Source of the DNA: Eledone cirrhosa
Lineage: Eukaryota
Assembly (NCBI GenBank): GCA_964016885.1
Contig: OZ024740.1
Coordinates: 67,022,001 to 67,086,000 of the forward strand
Direction: 5' to 3'
Length of the DNA stretch: 64,000 nt
Positions 1 through 14,899 of the stretch are shown here, one piece after another. The notes beneath the pieces are model-generated. The model saw nothing but the letters and a program-made list of their open reading frames with translations. It was not told where the DNA came from and ran no database searches. Both the position numbers and the translations under genes were made by a program. Positions within the stretch are counted from its first letter, which is position 1. The number at the start of each line of letters is the position of its first letter.

Positions 1-289
1 ATGTGACCAGGTTTATTTTTAGGGTTTCAAGATAAAAGTAACAATAAAAGAACAAGATAATTAAATAAACATCCAAATAAAGGTATAGACATGACTGAAT
101 GAGGTTCCTTTGTGTGCGTGGTACAAATGTACAATCAAAAATATTCACGCACGAGTACAAATGTGCACACACACACACACATATATAAAGAAAGAACGAT
201 CGACTTTCGTCAAAACGGACCGAGGGAACAATGTTTCCGTTGATCTTTCCAATTGCTAATACTATCTATCGGTCGCAACTCCAGGTAGA

Positions 290-741
<452 letters not shown>

Positions 742-1121
742 GTTCATTAAGTTTTTGTTTAAGTCTACTGTCCCACCATACCATGAATAAGTTAGCTATG
801 TCGCCTGCAATGCTAACACCAATGGCTGCTCCTTCCTCTTGGGCATATGTTTTACCATTAAATTTGAACATATGTTCCTTAAGGGTTAATTTTATGCTGG
901 CCCCTACCGCATGTGCAATCATTTTCTTCAGTTCATCGTGGTTTTCGGGTGTCCGTATGGCTCTGGTCCACCCGTTCCATCTACCTGTGTGGGTTTTCTT
1001 GGCCATTGAGGTAATGGTAGGTGGTCTGCCTCTTGCTGGTCTTGTAGGGCACAGGTTGCTAAGGTCATAAGTGTCTAGGTAACTATTACTATGGGTAAGC
1101 TAAATTGTAGAAGTCCCATTC

Positions 1122-2333
1122 ATGGTATGGTGGGACAGTAGACTTAAACAAAAACTTAATGAACAATTAAAAGACAGCTTAACCCTGATAATGTACTCCC
1201 GCTACGTAGATGATATAAACATCGTAGTTAAGACACCCCCACTAAAGAACAGTCAGGAACTAGAGAAAAACACAATGGAAAGCATCCAGCAAATAGCAAA
1301 CTCCATCCACCAGAGCATTAGAGTTACTATAGACTACCCAAGTAGACACCCCAACCATCGATTACCTGTACTAGACACAGAGCTCTGGTTAGATACCATT
1401 AACAACCAAAAACAAATCCTCCATTCCCATTATGCCAAACCCATGACTTCCAAACATCTGATCCACCGAAACTCGGCCATTTCGGACCATACCAAAATCA
1501 ACATACTGATTGCGGATTTGGTACGGGTGATGAGAAATGTGTCCCGCATGTGCAACCCCGAAGATCTAGAGAGACACATACAACACTTCATCCACCGTAT
1601 GCAGTTCTCTGGCTACAATCAGAGAGATAGAATCAGAGTGTATAAAGGAGCCAGAACCAAATGGGAAAAAATGGTAAATAATGACATAAATGGGACCTGC
1701 CCCTTGTATAGGAGCAAATTTTGGAATAGAATAGAAAGAACTAGGAACAAGGCCAATAGAATAAACTCATGGTATGATAGCAATAAATACCAGAGTGTAA
1801 TGTTCATCAATACAACCCCTAGAGGCGAACTAGCCTACAAATTTAGAAGGGCCCTAAATAAACATAATCTCAATATTAAGATAGTAGAAAGACCTGGTAC
1901 CTCCGTAAAAACACTTATTAGCAAGACATACCCGTTCCAAAGACCCTCATGTATAGATAAGAAATGTATAACCTGTAAAATAAGCCCCCATATTAACTGT
2001 AAAACTAGAAATGTAGTGTATAGCATAAGATGTACTGAAGGACAATGTAGAAACAAAAACATAGTGTACATAGGTGAGACAGCTCGTAGTATAGGGGAAC
2101 GAATAAATGAACACTGGCGAGACCTCCAAGATAATAAAGAATCATCTGTGCTCTACCAACATGCTAAGATAGAACACAGGGGTAGATTAGAGAGCATAGA
2201 AATAAAAATAGAATCCACGCACAGAAAAGACGCAATGTTTAGGCAAATTACAGAGGCAGTAAGCATAAAAGAATTAAAACCAAAATTAAATAGAAAATAT
2301 GAGTGGAACAGCAACATCACAACTTACAATTAA
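1122..2333 (+). CDS. Penelope-like RT C-terminal half + GIY-YIG endonuclease (truncated ORF, 403 aa)
   Basis: YSRYVDDI catalytic motif; LPVLDTEL thumb region; Cys-rich linker; NVVYSIRC...VYIGETARS...RINEH GIY-YIG signature. Confidence 0.88.
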   Translation: MVWWDSRLKQKLNEQLKDSLTLIMYSRYVDDINIVVKTPPLKNSQELEKNTMESIQQIANSIHQSIRVTIDYPSRHPNHRLPVLDTELWLDTINNQKQILHSHYAKPMTSKHLIHRNSAISDHTKINILIADLVRVMRNVSRMCNPEDLERHIQHFIHRMQFSGYNQRDRIRVYKGARTKWEKMVNNDINGTCPLYRSKFWNRIERTRNKANRINSWYDSNKYQSVMFINTTPRGELAYKFRRALNKHNLNIKIVERPGTSVKTLISKTYPFQRPSCIDKKCITCKISPHINCKTRNVVYSIRCTEGQCRNKNIVYIGETARSIGERINEHWRDLQDNKESSVLYQHAKIEHRGRLESIEIKIESTHRKDAMFRQITEAVSIKELKPKLNRKYEWNSNITTYN

Positions 2334-2610
2334 GGACAAAATGAAAATACACACACACATAGAACAAACAACTTACAATTGAAAACACACACAAAATGAA
2401 AACACACACAGGACAAAATGAAAACACACACACACATAGAACAAACAACCAACCAACAATAAATAAATAAACAAATAGAAAAATGAACACAAACACACAC
2501 AGACACCCGGATGTGGCACATGCGCAAACTGAGCACACAACACACACACAGAAACAAAATGGCGTAGGATAGAAGAAAGAAAAGGCACAGAAACGAAGAA
2601 AGGAATCCCC

Positions 2611-2655
2611 AGTCACTGAAGAGGTCACAGAGTGTGTGACGAAAGGACTATGACT
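2611..2655 (+). ncRNA. Type I hammerhead ribozyme motif in Penelope A 3' UTR
   Basis: AGTCA-CTGAAGA-G-GTCACA(GAGTG)TGTGAC-GAAA-GGAC-TA-TGACT: 5-bp stem I, 6-bp stem II, full core, minimal stem III. Confidence 0.8.
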
Positions 2656-2822
2656 ATATATATAAACAACTATCTGGTTGTGGAACCAACCAACCAACCA
2701 GAAATTTATAATTTATAAGTTTGTAAATTTGTAAATTTATGAATTTATAAATATATAGTAAATTGAAGTGAAAGCAACTGGTGCGTGTGTTTCTTATTGG
2801 CAACATGACCCTCCCAAAGTAT

Positions 2823-2860
<38 letters not shown>

Positions 2861-2862
<2 letters not shown>

Positions 2863-4266
2863 GAGGAGGTTATAGTTCACTTGAAGCATTGTGTAATGAG
2901 GTATAAACGTTTGAATATGTGTAATAAGGCCAAGACAATGCAGGTATGGAAATAGAAAAAAGAATGCAATAGTGAAAGATATTGATGTGAATTCGTCTTT
3001 CACCTTGAATTTATTTAAATGTCCTTAATTTTCGAGATAATATCTCTTCTTCGGAGGGAAGTAAAGGTCTCAAACCAGCGTCTTTAAATCTCTAGTCAAG
3101 CCATGCTGACCGGAAATAGTATAGAGTATCTGTTCTAACTCTAATATCAAAGAATTGAAATTAGGTGGATAAAGAGTAGTCTCCCTTTAAGAGGGGTTTG
3201 TTTAGGTTTTTTTTTTTTTTTTTTTTTAAATTTTATATACGTGCCTGTATGTGTGTGGGAGAATGCATGAAGATGTAGGTATGTGGGTGTGTGTGTGTGA
3301 GTGTGGGAAGATAGGTCTAATCGTAAAAGTGGGGGGTAGGTGTTATCTGGTGTTAGAACTGGTTTTGTGTGTGTATTGTGAGAGAGAATAAGTGGAGGTG
3401 TGCGCGTGCGTGTGGTGTGTAAAATTGGGGCTAGAGGCCCTATCAGGTTATAAATTGGGTGTTGAGCTCTAGTCTATTATTGATTGGTGGATGTGTTCTA
3501 TCTATAATAAGTGCTTCCTTAATTCTAAGATTGCCGAGGTTTCTTTCCTTAGTTTCTATCCTTACTGTTATGTTTTTATCGGTGTTTTTGCATTTAACTA
3601 GGTGTTTCTTAAATGAGGAAGCGTTAGTATTGAGGTGTTCTTTTATTCTTATGTGGAGTGGTCTGGTGGTGCTACCTACGTAGAAGTTGTTGCATTTGTC
3701 ACACTCTAGTCTGTATACTACGTAAGCCTGGTGGCATAGGCCTGTGTCGTTGATAGGGCAGTTGGCTAGTCTGCAGCAGTTGTCATGTCTGGTGGAGTGT
3801 CTCTTAGCCAGCCGTCCGCGCAAAGAAGGGCCCGAGTGGGCCAGCTGGATATCCAGTCCCTCTCGTCTGATGGCTCTGCGGATGGCTGTTGTTGTTTCTT
3901 CACTGAAGTGTGGGAGCTTCAGGAAGCAAGTGTTAGTGCCTCGGGTGTGGTGTCCTCTGTTCTTTCTGGCACGGTTTGTGGTGGATGTCGTGTATCCGTT
4001 CAGTTTGAGTACTTCCAGGAAATGTGTGGTGTGTGTGTCTCGGTCTCTGGCGTCGGTGCATTTGTTCTTGATACGTGCCAGTTCGTTCTTTATGTATCCG
4101 AACTTGGCACCGAGTGGGAGGGCCGATCTGAAATGTACGAACAGGTCCCTGCTGGCGGATTTTTTATAGAAGCAGGTGTGGATGCTGCCTTCCTCTGTTA
4201 CCCTGAGTTGGAAGTCCAGTAGGGATAGGGATCCGCGGTCATCGGGGTGTTCCATGCTGAACTTTA
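2861..4266 (-). mobile_element. Penelope-like family B, inverted copy of the 3' part (RT thumb + GIY-YIG + 3' UTR)
   Basis: Near-exact reverse complement of 5960-7341. ORF 3443-4255 matches the C-terminal 270 aa of ORF 5224-6783 except for two visible substitutions. Confidence 0.93.
3023..3057 (-). ncRNA. Minimal hammerhead-like motif (CCGAAGA variant), inverted arm
   Basis: Reverse complement of the motif at 7186-7220. Confidence 0.55.
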
Positions 4267-6783
4267 AAGAAACACTTCCAGCTATCTGAAAAGCGCGCCA
4301 AAGCCGGCTGCCAAATAAACTTCCTAAAACGATACCTGAATAACAACATCATTCCCCAAACCATCAAAAATTTACACCTACCAACATGCTTTAAATCACC
4401 AGGCCTCAAACGATCACTCAGTTACATACAAAAATTCTGCCTAAGAAAACTCATACAACACCTACACCGCACGCTACAACATCACATACGGACTATCTCC
4501 AGCCTTGTACCACAACTCGCTGAAACCCCAGAACCTCTGTCCAGTGTCATCTCCGCCACTATAGACAGGTCATACCACCACCGCCGAGACTACGAGAAAA
4601 TACGCCTAACACAAAAATTTCTCAAACTCAGGACGGCCAACTGTCTTAACAACATCCCAACGCTAAACACCAACAGAGGCGAACAATACGTTACCAACAC
4701 CGAACCTAGCGGCACCCCGACCAACAACACACATGACGCAAAACACCTCGTCACAGACTTGACAGGATCCCTCTCCCGAGAGGAATTAGACCTCCTCAGC
4801 CTGGATCCCAAGTTCATATTGAAACAGAGACTGGACGACAGACTATAGCTCGACATAGAAACGAATTTCTGTCGGACTGCCTACCAACTGAAATGGATAT
4901 CGACTCTCGACAACAACACCACGGAATCCACCACACCCAGATTCCCGATATACCAACTAGATCGCCCACTCTATCTACCGCCCGCCAACCGCGAGCTGGA
5001 AGAAAAACTCTCGAGACTAAAACATTCCGTATTTAACATCTTACGGAAACAGAAGAAGATGGCCCCTAACCTCTCCAGGACACAACGACTCGCCCTGAGG
5101 AACCTACGGAATAAGGAACTTATTTACTTACCATCCGACAAAGGTAAAGAGTTCTGCGTCATCTGTCAAGCCACATACAATAACCTAGCCTTCGAACACC
5201 TAAGCGACAGTGAATAGTACACAGTGATCCCGGACATGACCGCAGCCCAAATCGAAAAACAGACCAACTCCATTTGGTTCGATATCTGTAGGAGAAGACA
5301 ACTCCCGAATAAAATTAAACTCAACTACACCACTAGAAATAGCAGACTGCCCACTTTCTACCACCTCATCAAGACCCACAAGAATAGCACTAAGACGCAA
5401 ATAAGACCCATCGTCCCTAGTATAGAAGGACCCCTATACAAAATTTCCTGGCTTCTCTCCCAGGTCCTCAAGCCTCTACTCTCCACCTTCCCCGGACATG
5501 TCAGTAGCTCCGACGAAGTTATACGTAGATTACACCAACTCCAGCCAGAACAACTTAAACTAAATAAATACGCTTTTAGCCTCGACGTTGTCTCCCTCTA
5601 CACTACAGTCCCCGCTCACCCAGCTGTCGATTTATTGACGGACTGCGTGGTCGCAGAGAACATCCACTGCTACGGCCTCCACCCGACGGACATACACCAG
5701 CTTTTGTCCTTCACAGTAGACAACACGTACTTCACCTTCCACCACCACACATACAGACAGACAACAGGATTACCCATGGGATCCAGCCTCTCGGGCCTGC
5801 TGGCCATCACTTACATGAACCAGCTAGAATGCCGAGCCCTCAACACCTGCCATTCCCATGCCTTCTTCACCCGATATGTAGATGACATACTCATCCTTAC
5901 ATCATCCCGTGAGGAGGCAGAGAAAATATACACAACATTCTCCAGCATGGACGCCAGTATAAAGTTCAGCATGGAACACCCCGATGACCGCGGATCCCTA
6001 TCCCTACTGGACTTCCAACTCAGGGTAACAGAGGAAGGCAACATCCACACCTGCTTCTATAAAAAATCCGCCAGCAGGGACCTGTTCGTACATTTCAGAT
6101 CGGTCCTCCCACTCGGTGCCAAGTTCGGATACATAAAGAACGAACTGGCACGTATCAAGAACAAATGCACCGACGCCAGAGACCGAGACACACACACCAC
6201 ACATTTCCTGGAAGTACTCAAACTGAACGGATACACGACATCCACCACAAACCGTGCCAGAAAGAACAGAGGACACCACACCCGAGGCACTAACACTTGC
6301 TTCCTGAAGCTCCCACACTTCAGTGAAGAAACAACAACAGCCATCCGCAGAGCCATCAGACGAGAGGGACTGGATATCCAGCTGGCCCACTCGGGCCCTT
6401 CTTTGCGCGGACGGCTGGCTAAGAGACACTCCACCAGACATGACAACTGCTGCAGACTAGCCAACTGCCCTATCAACGACACAGGCCTATGCCACCAGGC
6501 TTACGTAGTATACAGACTAGAGTGTGACAAATGCAACAACTTCTACGTAGGTAGCACCACCAGACCACTCCACATAAGAATAAAAGAACACCTCAATACT
6601 AACGCTTCCTCATTTAAGAAACACCTAGTTAAATGCAAAAACACCGATAAAAACATAACAGTTAGGATAGAAACTAAGGAAAGAAACCTCGGCAATCTTA
6701 GAATTAAGGAAGCACTTATTATAGATAGAACACATCCACCAATCAATAATAGACTAGAGCTCAACACCCAATTTATAACCTGA
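4267..6783 (+). pseudogene. Penelope-like RT + GIY-YIG polyprotein with two in-frame TAG stops (4846, 5215); 5224-6783 remains open
   Basis: Manual translation upstream of the 519-aa ORF stays in frame. YVVYRLEC...FYVGSTTRPLHIRIKEH is the GIY-YIG domain. Confidence 0.88.
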
Positions 6784-7185
6784 TAGGGCCTCTAGCCCCA
6801 ATTTTACACACCCGACACACACGCACGCGCACACCTCCACTTATTCTCTCTCACACATACACACACAAAACCAGTTCTAACACCAGATAACACCTACCCC
6901 CCACTTTTACGATTAGACCTATCTTCCCACACTCACACACACACACACCCACATACCTACACCTTCATGCATTCTCCCACACACATATACAGGCACGTAT
7001 ATAAAATTTAAAAAAAAAACAAAAAAACAAAAAAAAACTAAACAAACCCCTCTTAAAGGGAGACTACTCTTTATCCACCTAATTTTAATTCTTTGATATT
7101 AGAGTTAGAACAGATACTCTATACTATTTCCGGTCAGCATGGCTTCACTAGAGATTTAAAGACGCTGGTTTGAGACCTTTACTTC

Positions 7186-7220
7186 CCTCCGAAGAAGAGA
7201 TATTATCTCGAAAATTAAGG
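7186..7220 (+). ncRNA. Minimal hammerhead-like motif in Penelope B 3' UTR
   Basis: CCT-CCGAAGA-A-GAGATATTATCTC-GAAA-AT-TA-AGG: 3-bp stem I, stem II GAGAT/ATCTC, palindromic AATT stem III; core has U4C. Confidence 0.55.
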
Positions 7221-7359
7221 ACATTTAAATAAATTCAAGGTGAAAGACGAATTCACATCAATATCTTTCACTATTGTATTCTTTTTTCTATGTCCATACC
7301 TGCATTGTCTTGGCCTTATTACACATATTCAAACGTTTATATATATATATGTATATAGT

Positions 7360-7693
7360 ACGTTATTCCGGGTTTAATCGGAGGTAACCACAGTAAGTAA
7401 GGTACTCAATACATTGCAGAGTATAAAAGTTTTAATATAGATGAGATTCTACAGGACTAGAACTGTTTCATTCTTTAGAAATCATCAGGAACATTGGCAA
7501 CATTGAGGACCGAGTAAGTTAGATTACCGATATAAAAGACACAGAAGCGAGAAGCGTAAACCAACCAAACAGTGAGTGTGTTCTGTTATTAATTCTGGCA
7601 ATATTAGACAAATATGACCCTCCCCAAGTATAACAATATTTGTTTCGACACACGATTTCATATAAAAAACCTCTCAAAACTAATTCATCGCCG

Positions 7694-7700
<7 letters not shown>
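7360..7700. mobile_element. Short Penelope-terminus-like fragment(s) between TA tracts
   Basis: 7523-7640 recurs at 33375-33490 and 53825-53895, and shares ATGACCCTCCC(C/A)AAGTATAACAATAT with the Penelope A 3' end (2805-2830; 61140-61166 on minus). Confidence 0.65.
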
Positions 7701-9370
<1,670 letters not shown>

Positions 9371-9400
9371 CTATGTGTGTGTGTGTGTGTGTGTGTATGT

Positions 9401-9434
<34 letters not shown>

Positions 9435-9436
<2 letters not shown>

Positions 9437-9620
9437 GGTAAACAGAAATAACAACACAATCGGTACAGTATATGGAAAGGATATATTAGGTTAACGCTTG
9501 ATATAGCAGGAAGAGGGTCTTAACATTTCGGACGCTAGTCCTTCATCCTGAGAAAGAATGAGAAATAAAATAAATTGAGAGGACGGGTGGGATGGAATTG
9601 GAAATAATGTCTTTAGATAA
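9435..9620 (-). mobile_element. Short HHR-bearing repeat (family of 19800-20000 and 36990-37180)
   Basis: Reverse complement contains GATGAAGGACTAGCGTCCGAAATGTTAAGACCCTCTTCC, matching 19886-19924. Confidence 0.7.
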
Positions 9621-9708
9621 AAATAACACGTCCATTCATGTTGACGGACCATAACGCACCACAGTACTCGATACTTAGGGTAGTAGAGTGGGTAATAGGA
9701 CCCTTTTG

Positions 9709-9829
<121 letters not shown>

Positions 9830-10499
9830 TTTGTGTGTGTGTGTGTGTGTGCGTGTGTGTATGTGCGTGTACGTAAGGCTGCGTGAGATTTAGGAAACAT
9901 TGTATACTGAATTTATACCAATAAGTGAATTCTTGAAATTTTTATTTATCAAATATAATATTTGAGAAGCGATAATTGAACTCCAGAGTAAAATATGGGT
10001 GTCACATAAAAGTATGGAAGGAATTATCTCGAAAATATTGATAGGCAAATATTTAATTGCGTTTTACTTCGTGTGAATGTTTTTTAATCAATATATTTTC
10101 TTCTTTTTTTAATATTTTTTATTTCTTTATCTTTCAAAATCGGTAGAATATTAAGTGAATTCGTTTTAGATAACATTTAACTTTCAAAATAATATTTTTT
10201 ATTGATTCATCGGGAAGAAGATAAGTCACCAAGAAATGTTCGAACTCTCTTAAACAGGTAGGATGAGGAGAAACATAGCACAGATGCTTGCAGAATTTCA
10301 GTCCCTTCTAAGAGCACTGAAGAGCCAGGTCTTGTTGTTTAACCGGGTGATAGATTATGACGAACAACCAAGGAAATGAAATCAGAACACAAAAAGCCGG
10401 TTAATATTTTGGATAGAGTTTTATTCCTATTTTATTTATTTATCTTCCTTGCGAGTGGAGCAATTATTGGAATTCGTGGAAAAAAACCTGCATTTAACT

Positions 10500-12605
10500 A
10501 GAGGAAAACTCATCGAGGATAACGTCTCGGTTGCCGTCAGAGCAGCCACAATTGACGACACGGTCATCTGCCCCAGGTTCATTCACGGCGCCTTTGATTC
10601 TTATTCTCGAGGCCTCATTGTTCCGGCTCATCTCACCACTCGCGGGAAGAAAGACGGTGGACTACGCCACATCACGTTAGGAAATGTCGTCTGGAGGTTC
10701 GCAGCCAAACTCTTCTGCAAGATTGTCACACTTGAAGAGGGTAAGGAACTCAGCCTCACGCAGCTAGGAGAAGGTGTGGCCAGCTGGTGTGAGGGTGTCC
10801 CTCACACCGCTAGATAGTTCATCACGAGCCAGCGCCGAATGATCTCTAGCATTCCATGTTTTATACGAGAAATTGCTTCAACATGTGGCATAACTACTTG
10901 CTCAAGGTTGGTATAAGCTGTGCCATTTCCACCTACCTACTGACCTACCTGTCCTAAGGATCTCTGAGCATCTTTTTTACTGCAGACAATGTCATATTCT
11001 CTTCAATTGGCATCCAACAGAATAATCCATCTGGCCCTCCTCTCCACACAGTGACGCTCCAAGTCACATACAACCTGCCCCAGATCAACAATGTCCTACT
11101 AAACGTCTTATACCTGGATGATGCAACAATAGGTGGAGCAACATAGTGTGTATTTCATGAGCTTCAATCAGCGGTTCTCGCTCTGACGAGAATCGGCTTC
11201 GAAATCAAGTCACCAAGTCGGAGGTCTTAAATGTCAACTACAACGCATAAGGCTTGGCAGGCTCTGTATTGGACGTGTGATCATTACTCTATCAGGTGCA
11301 GGTGACCTCCAAATAAGAAGTCCTCACCCTTGGTTCGCCGATCTTTCCGCCAGTATTTCGCTCTACTCTCAGATTCAGGTTTGGGAAGCTAGATATACTG
11401 ACGAGCCAAGTAAACTTGATCGATACCCACCCGATACTTTTTCTGTTAAGGATCTACTTCGCCATGCTGAAGCTCCTTCACACCTTCCGCGGTTCTCTGC
11501 GCAATATCCAGGCAACTCGCTTTAAAGATCTCGAAGCTTGCATCCGAGGGGCTGCTGGGGAGTTATGCATCGTCCGGTTTGATGACATCGGATGGCAACA
11601 TGTGACCTTATCCCTCATATGTGGCAGTCACAGTCTCCGGCCTGAAGTTGCACTGGCCCTACAGACTTCCTCATCGTCGGTGGCGTCTTTCCGTGTCCTT
11701 ATCATAAGATTCTCCACAACGAAACTGATCCGACAGTGATCGGCAAAGCGAGGCGGCCAACGTGATAAGGATCCAGCTCGGCCACCGCCGTGTGTACGTG
11801 AATCCCCCCCCCCCCCACACACACACACATATATACAAAAAATTAATGGGGCACCATCCATTGCAACAAGAATTCCGACATGCTTGTTTGCCGGTTAGAT
11901 CTGCAACATCTGGTATATTTTCGTTCGGCCTCCCAACCCCACACTGGCACCAGGCTCAACGCAATACCGTCATCATTGACTGGCACTCAGCAGCACAGTG
12001 ACTGCTTCCGCATCGGTATTTGCCTAAGGCTGGGCCTCCGGAAATTGGAGCTTCACAAATGCCACTGCCGTTCCTTTGTGAATTTTTTCCGTTTCCACCC
12101 ACTGTCATGCTGATGTAGTGCTGGAAGCCTCCCAGCCATGCTGCTCTCCGCGAGATCATAAAGTATGTCATGGACGGCGCAGGCTTCCATTCCCAACATA
12201 GCCAGCAGAACTTGACTAAGTGGACGACAAAAGGCAAAAGGACAAACGGCATGAAGTGGTTTCCGTTCCGCGTGAGTAGGCCCGTCATCTGGTATGTAAC
12301 ATTCTGTGACGCCTACTCTAGCAACAATCTGATGCATTCAGCCACAGCCCAGGCTCCACTGCCCGCCAGACCGAATGTGGAGATCAGTAAGATTATCGGC
12401 CGTTCTATCATATGTCTGTGGCTGAGCCTGTTGCATTGGAGATTTCCGGTATCTTGGGCCCGGTTCACATCCCTCATCGGTGATCTCGGAGCAGAGTTGG
12501 ATGCCCACAGATGCAATCTCCACGAGGTGAAATTGCTGTTCTAGCGCGTCCTTCTCACCATCCTAAGGGACAACGTCTTCTCCATCCTGTCGGCCCGACC
12601 CTGAG
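10500..12605 (+). mobile_element. Degenerate CRE-like non-LTR retrotransposon (RT + restriction-like endonuclease)
   Basis: DGGLRHITLGNVVWRFAAK; YLDDATIGG near 11110; Cys/His knuckle and RLE remnants near 12020-12590; homologous to 14900-17630. Confidence 0.75.
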
Positions 12606-14899
12606 ATTGACTGACCCATAAGTTTCATTTATGTTGGTAGCATATAGATTAGATTTACTTCTCTAAGCAGGAATAGGAAAAAGGCGACATTTACACCACC
12701 AAATAAATAAATATCTGTCTTAGTGTATTGGGTAGGTTCCAAAACCTGCAGCGCTAAAGCAAATAATGTATCGCACCTCTTCAAACTGATGCTAGGTTCG
12801 GAAATTACACATTCGCTACAATGTTAAGAATAATACCAATTTCGCTTTAACGGCTGAGTCTCATATTAGTGGGTGGAACAAAGATATTCATCCTGAGACC
12901 GGATACCCAAATTCTTGCAGCCAAGTGGATTTTGTTAAACGTACCCAAGTGCTGGATGGTGCGTGATTACCAGGAGACGGATTAATCCTTCCACCAATGA
13001 CTACAATCTATCCTTCCAACGTCTTCCACCAAGTTTCCGTCAAGTAACGTTCAATAAGAAGACTATTGGTAGATTCTAGACTGTTGCTGAATACACATCT
13101 TTATTGTGATGCACAATGTGATGGAAGCCGAAATCGCGTCGCTGCAACACAAACTTCTTAACTAAACAATCAGGCTTTACATCAGTGTGGTGTTATATTT
13201 TTTAGAAGAAGGTACTTGTCGCGTTGAATTTCACTGATAATGTGTTTCAACATGTGTGATATATCACAGTTATACAGATGATTTAATTCCATTAAATCGA
13301 CCACTTACATGAAATTGTATTTACTGAACAGGATGTAGAGAGATGAAAAACGAAGTAATTTTAGATTTCTAATTAACACTCAAACAATCCTTCTATTTTG
13401 ATTTCTGTTGCAATTTTGTATAGCTATTGATCAGCTGAACATGGCCAGGCTGAATTGTTCCCCTTCAAAAGTGTAATACATTCAATGAGATGGAATAGGT
13501 TGCGATAATGTTGTGGAATGAAACTTTGCTACAATCTGCAAAGGTGTATCAGATAAAATCGACACACGCATGTTGCTGATGTTCATTTTATGGATTTTTC
13601 AAGCAAAAGTAGTTTGAAAATAAAAGTTTTAAAGGATCGAAACTAAATGCTATAAGCAAAAACTATATTCTAGGAATTTACTGAATTTTATTTATTTGCT
13701 TGCATATTTGCTATGCCATGCTAGAATTCTTTTATTTAACTAATTTCCAGTTCGCCTCCTGTCGGGATTAACATTGCCTTTCATACATCTGGAATCTCTG
13801 AAATAAATTACCTGTCAAACACTAGTGTCGATTTAATTCTGCAATAATCTCACAAAGTGGGCGAATTTGGGCAACGAGAGAAATGGATTTTAAATAGAAT
13901 GAGATATCTCGGTAACATCGGCTGTAAAAAAACAGAACGATATGTCCACTAGGCGAAATAGACCTCTATTTACTATTTTTAAAAAAATGATATAAAAATT
14001 ATAATTTTGCTTCATTTGTCGATCACCGTGGAACTTTAATAATACAGCAAAAAAGTATCGTTTTATATTGCAACGAATTATCAGTGGGTTATAATACAAG
14101 TAATATGTTTTAATTGCTTTAGGCTAGCTGCACAATTCTTCAAATATTTCTTCACAGGAAATACTGTTTTTCGTTATTTTATTTCTATTAACTTAAAATC
14201 ATTATTAATCTTTTTAGCAAGCTGAATACAAATAACAGGCGCCCTTCAGCAAGGAATGAACAAATTTGATTGCAATGATTGTCATATGACCGAGTGCAAA
14301 TATTGTGTTTGCTGAACGGGGTGGATGATAACGATGATGATGATGTGCTTGTTTTTGTTTGATTTAGTGACGGTGTAGGTAGTAGAGGTTGTGGAGATAG
14401 TGATGATACATCAATAATTAAGATTACGTAAAATACTCGTGGTCTCGAAGAATCTCAAAAACAAATCTCACTATTCGATTAGTAATATTTTGATACACTA
14501 TTCTAATTTTAATTTATATATTTGGGACGATAGTTCTGCCAATAAAAAGAGATAAGCACTGGTTGGAGTTCCTTCCCAATTAATCATTGGATTTGATGTT
14601 CCCGTTTGCTACGGTTTAAAAACATCCTCGATGTAGAGTAAATAATTAGTTTTATTTCAAGGTGAAGTTTCATACATTGAAAACATATCAATCAAACAAT
14701 CATATTCACATATGAGATAAACATATAAAAGCATTGGATAGCCGATTTTACAACGGAAAACCATTTTTACATGGTTAACAATATACAAATATATGTAAAA
14801 GGCATACACTAGGAACTTTTGTTTATGAAGGCAAACATATAAAAAGTGGTAAGAAACAATTCTTTTTAGTTTATTTAAACGTATATCAATATGGAAAAC

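Larger units (their letters stand above)
4267..7341 (+). mobile_element. Penelope-like element family B, near full length
   Basis: One reading frame from ~4267 to 6783 with PLE motifs (FLKRYLNNNIIP, LPSDKG, IKTHK..IRPIV, SLDVVSLYT, GLPMGS, RYVDD, GIY-YIG), followed by a 3' UTR ending in (TA)n. Confidence 0.93.

Noticed and set aside
3744-6482. Antisense ORFs of 141-145 aa overlapping Penelope B
   Set aside because: Shadow frames of the RT/EN coding strand, duplicated only because of the inverted repeat; no motifs.
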